Positions 9,241 to 17,864 of a stretch of 43,650 nucleotides of DNA are shown here, piece after piece. The notes beneath the pieces are model-generated. The model did no database searches and was not told the origin of the DNA. It saw nothing but the letters and a program-made list of their open reading frames with translations. This DNA comes from a virus. Its lineage: Duplodnaviria > Caudoviricetes. Position numbers and translations under genes: made by a program. How positions within the stretch are numbered: the stretch's first letter is position 1; every line of letters begins with the position of its first letter. The stretch lies in IMG/VR virus record IMGVR_UViG_3300048857_000042, positions 1 through 43,650 of that record; one strand, given 5' to 3'.

Positions 9241-9519
9241 TTACTCCGCAGCTTTGGAAAGAGGTTCAGGGGTGGAGTTCTCCCGCAGCACGCGGGCTAT
9301 GTCGGCGACGATGGGACGTCTGACGACAGCGTTCACCGGGACGCGAATATTGGTGAACGTGCCGACGTGATCGGGCTCGATCGGCTCCAGGAAGGGCTCA
9401 AGTGCCTCTTCGCGCAGTCGCTCTTCCCGCCGGCGCCAGAGCCAGTTGGCCGCGAGGACACCGATGCCGGCGCTCGCAAGACATCCGCCGATGAAGGCGA
9501 CGTAGGGGAGAAGGGTCAC
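9241..9519 (-). CDS. small membrane-anchored phage protein
   Basis: N-terminal hydrophobic helix followed by WRRREER; coupled start. Confidence 0.65.
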   Translation of the reverse strand: MTLLPYVAFIGGCLASAGIGVLAANWLWRRREERLREEALEPFLEPIEPDHVGTFTNIRVPVNAVVRRPIVADIARVLRENSTPEPLSKAAE

Positions 9520-9758
9520 GAGCGAACCTCCGGCGGAAGATTGCGCTCAGCCAGAAAGGCATCAGCGATGGCGTAGCAGTCACGAGCCATCGTCGGGGCA
9601 TTGGTGTCGTGGATCTCGGTGTTCGCCACGTAGCCCGCGAGCGCCTGCCCAGCGAACCAGTCGCGGAGTGTCATGCCGGGCGCGCCGCCGTAGGCCTCGG
9701 TGAATTGTGCGTTCTGGATCGGGAAGGCTGGTCCGCCGTGGTTCGGATGCTGTGCCAT
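9516..9758 (-). CDS. conserved small phage protein (GGPAFP...GMTLRDWFA family)
   Basis: GGPAFP and GMTLRDWFAGQALAG...CYAIADAFLAER motifs common in lambdoid early regions. Confidence 0.8.
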   Translation of the reverse strand: MAQHPNHGGPAFPIQNAQFTEAYGGAPGMTLRDWFAGQALAGYVANTEIHDTNAPTMARDCYAIADAFLAERNLPPEVRS

Positions 9759-9759
9759 C

Positions 9760-10017
9760 TCAGCGGCCCTCCACAACAGCCCGAGCCGCTGCGAGCGTCG
9801 GGACGATGATGGGAGTGGTGCCTAGACGGCAGACGATCCACTTTGCGTTCCGGACTGAGCTATGACGCACCACCGTCCAGCCGTTGCCTAGATCCCACTC
9901 GTTCGGGAGAGCGCTTCCGGCCGGGTAGAACTTGTAAGCCCCGCCGCAGGAGGCTTGAGCATGGCAGCCGTGAGCAGTGCGGACGCGCTTTAAGCCTTTC
10001 ATTCCGCCAGCCATCAC
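9760..10017 (-). CDS. phage early hypothetical protein
   Basis: Coupled ORF in the leftward operon. Confidence 0.5.
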   Translation of the reverse strand: MMAGGMKGLKRVRTAHGCHAQASCGGAYKFYPAGSALPNEWDLGNGWTVVRHSSVRNAKWIVCRLGTTPIIVPTLAAARAVVEGR

Positions 10018-10385
10018 AGCACCCCCATGGCGATACGCACACCGAGCTGGGCGGCGTGGAAGCGGTGCTCCGCGTTCGGATCCTCGTACGGCTCATCAGC
10101 CAGGATCCGCTCAACGATGTCGTCGTGCGCCTCGCGGGAGAGGGCGTCGTCGACCAGCTTCCAGAGCGTACTGTGCCGGCGGAGATCCAGCTTCAGATCG
10201 CAGCCGCGGGCAGCCGCGCCGATTCGGTTGTTGTCGGCATCGAGCGAGATGCTCTCGACGTGCCAGTTGCCGTGATGGCCATAGGAGATGACGGCAGTGC
10301 CGGATTGACGCAGGGCGACGAACTCGCCTTCGCGGTGCAGCGGCAGGTCTTCGAAGGTGTAGGTGAGGTCGGGCATTCGGCTCAT
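10014..10385 (-). CDS. first gene of the leftward (PL) operon, hypothetical
   Basis: 123 aa ORF starting just downstream of the operator-flanked TTGACA promoter. Confidence 0.7.
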   Translation of the reverse strand: MSRMPDLTYTFEDLPLHREGEFVALRQSGTAVISYGHHGNWHVESISLDADNNRIGAAARGCDLKLDLRRHSTLWKLVDDALSREAHDDIVERILADEPYEDPNAEHRFHAAQLGVRIAMGVL

Positions 10386-10404
10386 CCATTACGTGATGAG
10401 CACA

Positions 10405-10454
10405 ATCCTGAACCGGTAAAATTACCGTGTCAAGCGAAAACGGTAAAATTACCG
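10405..10454 (-). promoter_or_regulatory. PL promoter with two repressor operators
   Basis: Identical near-palindromes CGGTAAAATTACCG at 10414-10427 and 10441-10454 flanking a perfect TTGACA (10428-10433, minus strand). Confidence 0.85.
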
Positions 10455-10546
10455 GAGTTGCGAAATCCGTCCTGATCTATGTCCTGTAACCCAGTTTGTG
10501 GACATCTGTGGAAAAGCCGTAAGGGACTCGACTCCTAAGAAAACGT

Positions 10547-10561
10547 GAACAGAATAAGAAC
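10547..10561 (+). promoter_or_regulatory. LexA (SOS) box inside the immunity region
   Basis: GAAC-AGAATAA-GAAC directly upstream of the AAGGAG RBS of 10580..10870. Confidence 0.75.
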
Positions 10562-10579
10562 AAAGACAAGGAGAAAAGA

Positions 10580-10870
10580 TTGTCTGTCCTGCTCCCGCCT
10601 TCCTCCCGCAGCGGCTCCGCTGTGCGTCCCATCCTTCAAGAACGGAAATTCCGCCTCTCTCTGAAATGCCTGGAATGCCAGCATGAGCATCCCTTCGAGA
10701 TGACTCTCTACGATGAGCCCGATGATCCGGCGACCGCGCACGACTTCTACGACAGCGGTGTCCTCGATCTGATCCAGTTCCAGTGCGAACGCTGCGGACA
10801 CCAGCACGCCAGCTATCGAGAGGTGGTGTTTATCGAGGACGCTACCACCGTCCGGAACTATGGGGGCTGA
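10580..10870 (+). CDS. zinc-ribbon protein (CxxC...CxxC)
   Basis: CLECQH...CERCGH; AAGGAG RBS before a TTG start. Confidence 0.7.
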   Translation: MSVLLPPSSRSGSAVRPILQERKFRLSLKCLECQHEHPFEMTLYDEPDDPATAHDFYDSGVLDLIQFQCERCGHQHASYREVVFIEDATTVRNYGG

Positions 10871-11180
10871 GTTGCGCGGATCGGATGGCACCCAACCGGC
10901 TCCCTGTTACGTCGTGCAGACCTTCACCGAACTCGACGGGGAGCTGGTCCCGGACATGCCACTTGACGCAGCCAGCGCATCGGAGGCCGCAAATTATGCG
11001 CTGGCCTTTCGGTCGTGCAAGGCGGGCGTCATTGCCTTCGAGTGGTCAGAGGAGTTGCGCCATTGTGAGCCGTTTGTGATCGCGGCTTTTGGTCAGATCC
11101 CCGACGAATGCTCGGCCTGGATCAGGGATGGCGATGAAGAGAAGACGCCTCGCAAAAGGCATCTGATGTTTTTGTGCTGA
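10860..11180 (+). CDS. hypothetical protein
   Basis: YVVQTFTELDGELVPD...GVIAF...PFVIAAFGQIP; overlaps the previous ORF and converges on cI. Confidence 0.7.
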   Translation: MGAELRGSDGTQPAPCYVVQTFTELDGELVPDMPLDAASASEAANYALAFRSCKAGVIAFEWSEELRHCEPFVIAAFGQIPDECSAWIRDGDEEKTPRKRHLMFLC

Positions 11181-11199
11181 GCGCTTTGAGATCGGCGGC

Positions 11200-11958
11200 T
11201 TAAACAGGCAGCGCCTGGTTATCGAAGACGAACCGAACCAGAGCGAGGATGGTGACCTCCTTGCCGTCGTCGGTGTGATAGTCCTTCTTCACGACGATGG
11301 GCTTGTAGGCCGGATTGCTTGAACGGGGATGAAACTCGGTGCGATCGGGAAAGACGCGTATCTCCTTTACGGAGCGCTCCCGGAGCTGGCCGTCCGCTGT
11401 GGTCTGCTGCACGACGACATTGAGACCATCCTTGGGCTCCAGGTCGAGATCCTCCCAGGCCGCGCAGATAATGTAATCGCCATCATTCATCGGCTTGGGC
11501 CGCGCCTGGTTCATGGAGTCGCCCTTGACCCGATAGGCCCGCTGCTTGGCGAACGGGAAAACCGGATCCCGCGGCGCTGAGACCACCTCACCTAGATCAT
11601 CATCAAAGACCTCAAGCGCCAGGAAGGCGCCGGCCTGCACTGAACCGTCGACCTTCGCAAGGCCAAAGGCTCCTCTGGCCGGCAGTTCCTCGATTGTGCT
11701 CCCCGACGTCGGTCCTGCCGATGCGCCGGCATCAGAAGCTTCACCTGTCAGCAGCCATGCGGCAGATGTCTGAAGGACAGGCGCGAGGGCTGTGATCGTC
11801 CTCGTGGAGACGCCTTTGCGGCCATCCGGCTCTTTCACAGCTCGCTTGAGATTGCGGATCGCATCTTCGCTCAAACCAGCCTGTCTTGAGGCGGCGGCAG
11901 CGCTTAATCCGACAACCCTAAGCCGTTCTTCAATTCGGGAGAGTACGTCCTGGAGCAT
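11200..11958 (-). CDS. cI: CI-like repressor (HTH + S24 autopeptidase)
   Basis: N-terminal HTH (GLSAAAASRQAGLSEDAIRNL), VQAG cleavage site, VKGDSM catalytic Ser, SVKEI catalytic Lys; ATG 11958. Confidence 0.9.
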   Translation of the reverse strand: MLQDVLSRIEERLRVVGLSAAAASRQAGLSEDAIRNLKRAVKEPDGRKGVSTRTITALAPVLQTSAAWLLTGEASDAGASAGPTSGSTIEELPARGAFGLAKVDGSVQAGAFLALEVFDDDLGEVVSAPRDPVFPFAKQRAYRVKGDSMNQARPKPMNDGDYIICAAWEDLDLEPKDGLNVVVQQTTADGQLRERSVKEIRVFPDRTEFHPRSSNPAYKPIVVKKDYHTDDGKEVTILALVRFVFDNQALPV

Positions 11959-11962
11959 GGGC

Positions 11963-12039
11963 CGGTAATATGACCGGCGGGGTGGAGTTTCGCGACCGGT
12001 AAGATAACCGTTGACCGCAGCGGTAAAATTACCGATATT
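11963..12039. promoter_or_regulatory. OR region: three operators and PR
   Basis: CGGTAATATGACCG (11963-11976), CGGTAAGATAACCG (11997-12010), CGGTAAAATTACCG (12021-12034); TTGACC at 12011-12016 with GATATT 17 nt later. Confidence 0.85.
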
Positions 12040-12046
12040 GGGCTCC

Positions 12047-12337
12047 ATGAGCGCGATTTCTCACCTTCTAGAACTGGCACGTGTCTATGGCGAGGCCGAA
12101 AAGATCGGCCCCTCCACAGTTAGCTGGCGTGTCTTTGGCGATACAAAGAAGCTCGGCGCCATCCAAAGTGGTGCCGATATTCAAGTACGGCGGCTTGAGA
12201 AAGCCCTTCATTGGTTCTCCGACCATTGGCCTGAGGGCGCTGAATGGCCTGAGGATGTGCCGCGGCCTGATCCGGAGCCGCAAGCTCCACCGCCTAGTCC
12301 GGGAAGCCTCGGTGCCGCCGCTGCTGAGGTGGCGTGA
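12047..12337 (+). CDS. Cro-like regulator
   Basis: Divergent from cI; STVSWRVFGDTKKLGAIQSGADIQVRRLEKALHWFSDHWPEGAEWP; ATG 12047. Confidence 0.8.
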   Translation: MSAISHLLELARVYGEAEKIGPSTVSWRVFGDTKKLGAIQSGADIQVRRLEKALHWFSDHWPEGAEWPEDVPRPDPEPQAPPPSPGSLGAAAAEVA

Positions 12338-12651
12338 TGGCTCGCCTCGTTCGCACGAATGCCCGAGGCGAGCGGGAGCACCTCGGGCCTGACGGCTGGT
12401 TTGTCGCTGATCATGCCCCTGAGCCTTCACGTCCGATCGCGCCCGATACCGGGCTTGGGGCCACGCTCCAGGAGCCGCTTAAGCTGGCGCCGGACGTGAG
12501 CCCGGATCTCACGGTCCGAGACACCCTGGCGCCGATTATCGGTACCGATCTCACTCTTCTTCTCTCCGTCATCTCCGCTCATGACGCCCCTCCGTCCGAG
12601 CCGGAACCTGCCACGCTTGATTTCGCGGAATTGCAAAATGTGGACCGCTGA
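12334..12651 (+). CDS. hypothetical protein
   Basis: Coupled to the cro stop, GAGG RBS. Confidence 0.5.
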   Translation: MMARLVRTNARGEREHLGPDGWFVADHAPEPSRPIAPDTGLGATLQEPLKLAPDVSPDLTVRDTLAPIIGTDLTLLLSVISAHDAPPSEPEPATLDFAELQNVDR

Positions 12652-13021
12652 GCGCGCCTTTTCCCGCGTCCATCCCAAACTGGTCGCCCTGATCGAGGCC
12701 GAGAAAGCCGTGTGCGGCTGCATGATGCTTGCCGTGAAGCAGGTGGCGAGACGCGTCGGTGCGTCTGAACACTGGGTCCGCCGTGTCACCGGCCGATACG
12801 GCGAGGTGAAGATCCAGGCTCATCACCTGGTCAACGTGCTGCGTGAGCACGTTCGGCTGCGCCGACGCCGCAAAAACACGAACGCCTCCGCCGGGCACCC
12901 GGAAGAGGCGTCGCGGGTCCGACCGTGGAAGCTTGGGGGCATCGTAGGGCGGAACACTAGCCTTGAAGCTAGCCCAACGCTCAGCGCTGTCGAGACCGGA
13001 AGCGGGTTACCTCGCCCGTAA
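12638..13021 (+). CDS. putative HTH regulator (CII position)
   Basis: AVKQVARRVGASEHWVRRV HTH-like segment; start uncertain. Confidence 0.5.
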   Translation: MWTAERAFSRVHPKLVALIEAEKAVCGCMMLAVKQVARRVGASEHWVRRVTGRYGEVKIQAHHLVNVLREHVRLRRRRKNTNASAGHPEEASRVRPWKLGGIVGRNTSLEASPTLSAVETGSGLPRP

Positions 13022-13061
13022 CTGATCACTCTCTTTCGAGGCAAACAGGAGCACTGAGCAC

Positions 13062-13574
13062 ATGGCAAAGCGTAAGAAAGCCAAAGAGCAGAAAACCATC
13101 AAGACGACGGCTGTCGATTTTCAGAATGCCGTCCGCGACGCCAATGGCGCAAAGCTGCGCGCCAAGAACGCGTCGAGCAGCAAGTCCACGGCCGTGACGG
13201 ACTTCTGCACCAAGAGTGGGTTCGCCAAGAAACCCTTCGGCATCATCCTGCAGCTCGCCGAGATGGAGGACAGCAAGCGCGATGAGACCGTGCGCCAGAT
13301 CCTGATGGGCTACGAGCTCATGGGCTGGGGCAAGCAGCAGGACATGTTCGACGACATTGGTGAGCGCATCGCCAGTGCTGCCCGAGCTGCCGAGGAGGAA
13401 GCGAAGGCCAGGAAGGGCCAGCCTAAGGGCTCTGAAGGCCTACCGCTCGACGAGGCCGCCAAGCGCTTTGGTCAGAACTCCCATAAGGCTCCGAAGGCCC
13501 AGCGTTCCGAGGATGCTCCGACCGTGGTGTTTCCTGATCCGCCGGCAGCCACGCGCACCGGCGCCGTTGCTTGA
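13062..13574 (+). CDS. divergent GapR (DUF2312)-like DNA-binding protein
   Basis: KSGFAKKPFGIILQLAEMEDSKRDETVRQILMGYELMG keeps the register of the GapR motif GFD.K..R.II.LRKM...ER.E...L..Y..ALG; AGGAG RBS. Confidence 0.55.
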   Translation: MAKRKKAKEQKTIKTTAVDFQNAVRDANGAKLRAKNASSSKSTAVTDFCTKSGFAKKPFGIILQLAEMEDSKRDETVRQILMGYELMGWGKQQDMFDDIGERIASAARAAEEEAKARKGQPKGSEGLPLDEAAKRFGQNSHKAPKAQRSEDAPTVVFPDPPAATRTGAVA

Positions 13575-14077
13575 TCCAGGAGGCTGGCTTGAGCAACGAC
13601 ATCATCACCATTCGTCTGGCGGGTGTCCCTGAAGGGAAAGGGCGCGCCCGCTCGACTCTGATCAAGCCTCGAGGCAAGCCAGCCTTCATCTCGAACTACA
13701 CGCCCGCCAATACGCGCCGGTATGAGAGCAATCTCAAGTTCGTGGCCCAGGAGATCATGGGCGGCCGTGCTCCGCTCGAGGGGCCACTGAAGGTCTGCGT
13801 CTTCGCCTCGTTTCCGGTACCGGCGAGTTGGTCGAAGAAGAAGCAGGCCGCGGCGCTTTCCGGTGAGGTCCGGCCCACCACGAAACCCGACGCCGACAAC
13901 CTGATGAAAGTGCTCGACGCGCTCAACCAGGTGGTCTGGCGCGATGACTCGCAGATCGTCGATGGCTTCGTGCGCAAGTTCTACAGCGAGACGCCCGGCC
14001 TTGTCGTGACGATTGAGCACGCTTTTCCTGTCGCGGTGCCGGCGCAGCCGACCCTTTTCGCAGGGGAGGCGGCATGA
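13571..14077 (+). CDS. rusA: RusA-family Holliday junction resolvase
   Basis: PEGKGRAR...KPDADNLMKVLDALNQVVWRDDSQIV. Confidence 0.92.
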   Translation: MIQEAGLSNDIITIRLAGVPEGKGRARSTLIKPRGKPAFISNYTPANTRRYESNLKFVAQEIMGGRAPLEGPLKVCVFASFPVPASWSKKKQAAALSGEVRPTTKPDADNLMKVLDALNQVVWRDDSQIVDGFVRKFYSETPGLVVTIEHAFPVAVPAQPTLFAGEAA

Positions 14078-14373
14078 CCTACGATCCCTACAATCCGCCG
14101 ACAGCCGTTCCGCTTTGGCGCCAGGCCGAAGTCCTCAAGATCACGGATGAACAGGCGCTCGAAGGCTACTTCAACTTCGTGCGGACCCGCGAGACCAAGG
14201 CTGAGAAGTACCCGGATTTCGTGCTGGCTCGGAAGGCTGCCAGCCATACCCTGAAGCGGCTCTCCACCATGGCCGAGCAGGTCAGCGAAGAGTGGGTCGA
14301 GAACTGCCTCTCCACCATGGAGGGCAAGGCTCAGGAGATCGCAGAGCAGAAAGAACAGGGGAGGGCGGCGTGA
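14074..14373 (+). CDS. hypothetical protein
   Basis: ATGA-coupled ORF with GGAGG RBS. Confidence 0.7.
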   Translation: MTYDPYNPPTAVPLWRQAEVLKITDEQALEGYFNFVRTRETKAEKYPDFVLARKAASHTLKRLSTMAEQVSEEWVENCLSTMEGKAQEIAEQKEQGRAA

Positions 14374-14951
14374 TCAACCTGCCTCTGTTCTCATACGACG
14401 TCGTTATGTGCGATCCGCCATGGCGCTGGGAGGCCTACTCAGCCAAAGGGCATGAGAAATCGCCTGAAGCGCAGTACGGCACGATGTCCTTTGAGGAGAT
14501 CGAAGCCCTGCGAGTTGGTGATCTTCTTGCTCCGGGTGGCGTGTTGTTCCTCTGGTGCACCTGGCCCCTGGTAGAGCGACAGGCCGCCGTCATGCGTCGA
14601 TGGGGCATCGAGCCGAAGACCGGGGGGGCATGGGCCAAGCGCACGCCTTCGGGAAAGCTCCGCTGGGGCACTGGATACACTCTGCGGAGCGTATGCGAGC
14701 CCTTTCTTATCGGCTCACTTCCAGATGCCGGCCTGAACGGATCCTCACTCACCAACCTCATCGAGACCGTCGATCATTCTCTCGTGGATGGCGTCGCCCG
14801 GGAGCATTCGAGGAAGCCGGAAGAGGCTTACTCGCTGCTCGAAGCGCTGTCTCCGAACGCACGCCGCGCGGACATCTTCTCCCGCCAATCGCGCCCTGGT
14901 TGGGATGGCTGGGGCAACGAGTCCACCAAGTTCGACGAGGTGGCGGCGTGA
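14370..14951 (+). CDS. MT-A70-family N6-adenine methyltransferase
   Basis: YDVVMCDPPW, LFLWCT, WAK, GTGY...CEPFLIG, REHSRKPEE, DIFSRQSRPGWDGWGNE; GTG 14370. Confidence 0.92.
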   Translation: MINLPLFSYDVVMCDPPWRWEAYSAKGHEKSPEAQYGTMSFEEIEALRVGDLLAPGGVLFLWCTWPLVERQAAVMRRWGIEPKTGGAWAKRTPSGKLRWGTGYTLRSVCEPFLIGSLPDAGLNGSSLTNLIETVDHSLVDGVAREHSRKPEEAYSLLEALSPNARRADIFSRQSRPGWDGWGNESTKFDEVAA

Positions 14952-16417
14952 ACAACACCGATAATATCGTTCGCCTTGACCAGGCCCGCCAGGGCGACCG
15001 CTACGACCGGAATCCCGCCGTCAACACGGATGTGGAGATGGAGGTCCTCGCTGCGCTCCTGGCCGTGCCGGCGGAGATCGCACGCGTTCAGACCATCCTG
15101 AAGCCGGAATACTTCTTCGAGCAGATTCACCAGCTGACCTACACCGCGATTATAGAGATTGCGGAGGCCGAGGGACTGCCGACGGGCGGACAGCTCTATC
15201 AGCGCTTGGGGCCGAAGATCAGCGAGACCGCGATCACCGAGGATGTCAATGTTCGGCAGTACCTCGCTGAGCTCGCCCGCATCGGTGGTATGCCCGGCGC
15301 TCCGCTGCTGACGCATGCCCGCATGATCCGGGATCTCTACATCCTCCGGCATGTCGAGGCTATCGGCACCGAGATCGGACAGAAGCAGGGCTACGACCCG
15401 TGCACCTTCCTGGATGAGCGCTTCGAGAAGCTCGATGAGGTTCGGGCTCTCCGGATGGATAAGCAGCTCAAGACCGTCACTCTCTCAGCCGCCGGAGCCG
15501 CTCTCATGGCCATGATCGAAGCTGACCTGAAGGGACAACGCCCGGTTCTGGCATCGACCGGCATAGCCCGCTTTGACGCAGAGATCGGCGGCGGCCTGCG
15601 TCCTTCGTCCCTGACCACGCTCGCGGCCCGTACCAGCATGGGCAAGTCCATCGTCGGGCTCGAGGTGGTTCTCAATTCCGCGCGCCAGGGCTTCGGCTGC
15701 ATCTACCATTCGCTCGAAATGCCCAAGGAGCAGGTGATGGCGCGCCTTGCTTCCTCCTGGATGGAGCACAAGGGCCAGCGCATCCCCTTCGCCCGGATCA
15801 TGGCTCCTAAGGGTCTGACGGTACCGGAGGCCGAGCAGGTGGCGCATGCCATCCACGACCTTGCGCCGCTCCACATGATGATCGAGGACGGCGGCGGCCG
15901 CACGATTCAAGAGATCGCCGTTTCCTCAGAGCGGCTGATGAACGCCTCTGTCCGCAAGGGCATTCAGCCCGGCCCGATCGTCATCGACCATGCTCACATC
16001 GTCCGGCCCGGTCGGAAGTACAATCGTGAGGACGAGGGCCTGAAGGAAGTTGCCGACGGCTCTCTTGCGCTGGCGAAGCGCCTCGACGTGCCGGTGCTGC
16101 TGCTCGCCCAGTGCAACCGCAACACGGAAGGGCGCGACGACAAGCGTCCGTCTCTGGCGGATGTCCGCGGCGCCGGCGCGTTCGAGGAGAACTCGGACGC
16201 CGTCGTGTTCCTCTACCGGCCTGCCTATTATATCGAGCGGTCCGCGAAATTCCGGGAAGGCGACATCGCCACCCACGACGAATACGAGGCGGCGAAGCAC
16301 GCTCTCGAAATCATCATCGATAAGAACCGCGCCGGGCGCTCCAACCAGGTCGTGCAGGCCTGGGTCGATCCCGCTCTGAACGCGGTCCGCAATCTCCAGA
16401 ACCGGTACGGGGCATAG
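14948..16417 (+). CDS. DnaB-like replicative helicase
   Basis: Walker A AARTSMGKS, SLEM, IVIDH, LLAQCNR, RPSLADVRGAGAFEENSDAVVFLYR; GTG 14948 coupled to the methylase stop. Confidence 0.92.
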   Translation: MNNTDNIVRLDQARQGDRYDRNPAVNTDVEMEVLAALLAVPAEIARVQTILKPEYFFEQIHQLTYTAIIEIAEAEGLPTGGQLYQRLGPKISETAITEDVNVRQYLAELARIGGMPGAPLLTHARMIRDLYILRHVEAIGTEIGQKQGYDPCTFLDERFEKLDEVRALRMDKQLKTVTLSAAGAALMAMIEADLKGQRPVLASTGIARFDAEIGGGLRPSSLTTLAARTSMGKSIVGLEVVLNSARQGFGCIYHSLEMPKEQVMARLASSWMEHKGQRIPFARIMAPKGLTVPEAEQVAHAIHDLAPLHMMIEDGGGRTIQEIAVSSERLMNASVRKGIQPGPIVIDHAHIVRPGRKYNREDEGLKEVADGSLALAKRLDVPVLLLAQCNRNTEGRDDKRPSLADVRGAGAFEENSDAVVFLYRPAYYIERSAKFREGDIATHDEYEAAKHALEIIIDKNRAGRSNQVVQAWVDPALNAVRNLQNRYGA

Positions 16418-16419
16418 TC

Positions 16420-17427
16420 ATGGTTGCCTTCTACAAGCACGACATCCCGGCCTGGATGGATGGTACCGAAGGTCTCAGCGACGGGACCTATCGCGTCTAC
16501 CACGTGATCTGCCAGCTCATCTATCTGAACGAGGGGCCGATCATGCTCAACGAACGTGGCATCGCTGGTCGCTGTAACCAGTCGATGAAGACTTTCCGTA
16601 AGCATCTCGACGAGCTGCTCGCCCTCGGAAAGCTGTCCATGGTCGACGGACGGATTGCCAACGCACGCGCCGCCGTGGAGTTGGAATCCGTGCAGAAAAA
16701 CCGGGAAAATGCTGGGAAAGGTGGACGAAACTCCGGGAAATCTCGGGAAAACCCTCAGGAAAACTCCGGAAACTCTGGGAATTCGTCAGGAAACGCCGAA
16801 CGCGAGCCCGATAAGTCATTGAAAAATAACGATGCGGGTGAAGCGGCGCTTAAAACGGATCGAAGCCTAAAAGAGAAGAAAAGAGAAGAGAAGACTAGAG
16901 AAGAGCAGCATAGCGTTGAGGTATCAGAGACGTCGGCTCGAAAGCCGATGCTCGATGACCGAACGTTGGAGGCTGCGCTGCGCGAAGCTGCCGGCATGGT
17001 CGATGATCCGAGCCCAAACCTGTTCGTCGTGGGTCCAGTCCATGCGCTGATCGGCGAGGGCTACGACCTCGAACGCCACATCCTGCCGGTGGTGCGCAGC
17101 CTGAAAGCGCAAGGAAAACGCTGGTCGAACTGGCGCTACATCGTCCCGGCTGTCCGCGAGCAGAACGCCGCTCCGGCCGCTCCGGACAAGGCCCAGGCTG
17201 CTGCTCCCGTCGACGAAGCCAAGATCCGCCGCGGCATGATCTCGATGGCCAAGGGCTACGTGCTCGATGACCGCTGGTCCGACAGCTGGGGGCCACGTCG
17301 TGGCGAAGCAGGATGCCGGATCCCGGAGGAAATCTGGCGGGAAGCCGAACAGATCATCCAGGCCGAGAAGGCCGCACTCGAGGAGGCGCTGCGTGGCAAG
17401 TCCAACGGTGTCGTTGCTCACCACTGA
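16420..17427 (+). CDS. replication initiator (YdaU/DUF1376-like N-terminus)
   Basis: FYKHDIPAWMDGTEGLS...YHVICQLIY; internal iteron-like repeats and an A-rich tract as in lambda O-type genes. Confidence 0.8.
   Translation: MVAFYKHDIPAWMDGTEGLSDGTYRVYHVICQLIYLNEGPIMLNERGIAGRCNQSMKTFRKHLDELLALGKLSMVDGRIANARAAVELESVQKNRENAGKGGRNSGKSRENPQENSGNSGNSSGNAEREPDKSLKNNDAGEAALKTDRSLKEKKREEKTREEQHSVEVSETSARKPMLDDRTLEAALREAAGMVDDPSPNLFVVGPVHALIGEGYDLERHILPVVRSLKAQGKRWSNWRYIVPAVREQNAAPAAPDKAQAAAPVDEAKIRRGMISMAKGYVLDDRWSDSWGPRRGEAGCRIPEEIWREAEQIIQAEKAALEEALRGKSNGVVAHH
16696..16902. repeat. iteron-like repeats and purine-rich tract (putative phage ori)
   Basis: About eight imperfect (C/T)(C/T)(G/A)GGAAA copies in 16696-16793, then AAAAGAGAAGAAAAGAGAAGAGAAG near 16869-16902. 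Confidence 0.65.
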
Positions 17428-17782
17428 CGTCGTGCCGCAGTGGACGCCGGAGCTCGTGTGCCAACGCATGATCGAAGCCTTCCGCAAGCTGCCGAAGGTC
17501 CCGGTCTACAGCCCACGTCCTGAGGTGCTCCAGGTGGCATTGCCTCGCCAACGCAAGCCCGCGGAGCTGGATCTGATCTCCATGTCGGCGCACTACCTGC
17601 CGCGGAATTCCGATGAGCGCCGCTTCCTCCTGGCCTGGGCCTCGGCTCGGGCCTCTGGCCGTTCGGTGCGGGAGGTCTGCCGGGAAATGCACTGGCCGCG
17701 GGAGAATGTCCGGCGCAAGCGGCACAAGGCCTGCCGGGTGATCGCGGACGGCCTGAATCGGGATGGTATCCCGGCGTTCTAA
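17393..17782 (+). CDS. DUF6362-like putative transcription regulator
   Basis: WTPELVCQRMIEAFRKLP...RSVREVCREMHW (sigma-region-4-like HTH); GAGGAGG RBS before GTG 17393. Confidence 0.7.
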   Translation: MASPTVSLLTTDVVPQWTPELVCQRMIEAFRKLPKVPVYSPRPEVLQVALPRQRKPAELDLISMSAHYLPRNSDERRFLLAWASARASGRSVREVCREMHWPRENVRRKRHKACRVIADGLNRDGIPAF

Positions 17783-17864
17783 GGATGTTCTACTTTCCTG
17801 TTGAAAGTGGGTCCACTCCTCACGGACATTGCTCCTAACGACAAACTTAGCCGTGGGGGCATCC

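Noticed and set aside
7864-9576. 570-aa plus-strand ORF
   Set aside because: Antisense shadow of RecT and its neighbours, typical of high-GC codon bias; no motifs
14555-14947. N-terminal extension of the helicase (similar extensions for cI, portal and the methylase in the ORF track)
   Set aside because: Overlaps upstream genes or operators; coupled downstream starts fit better
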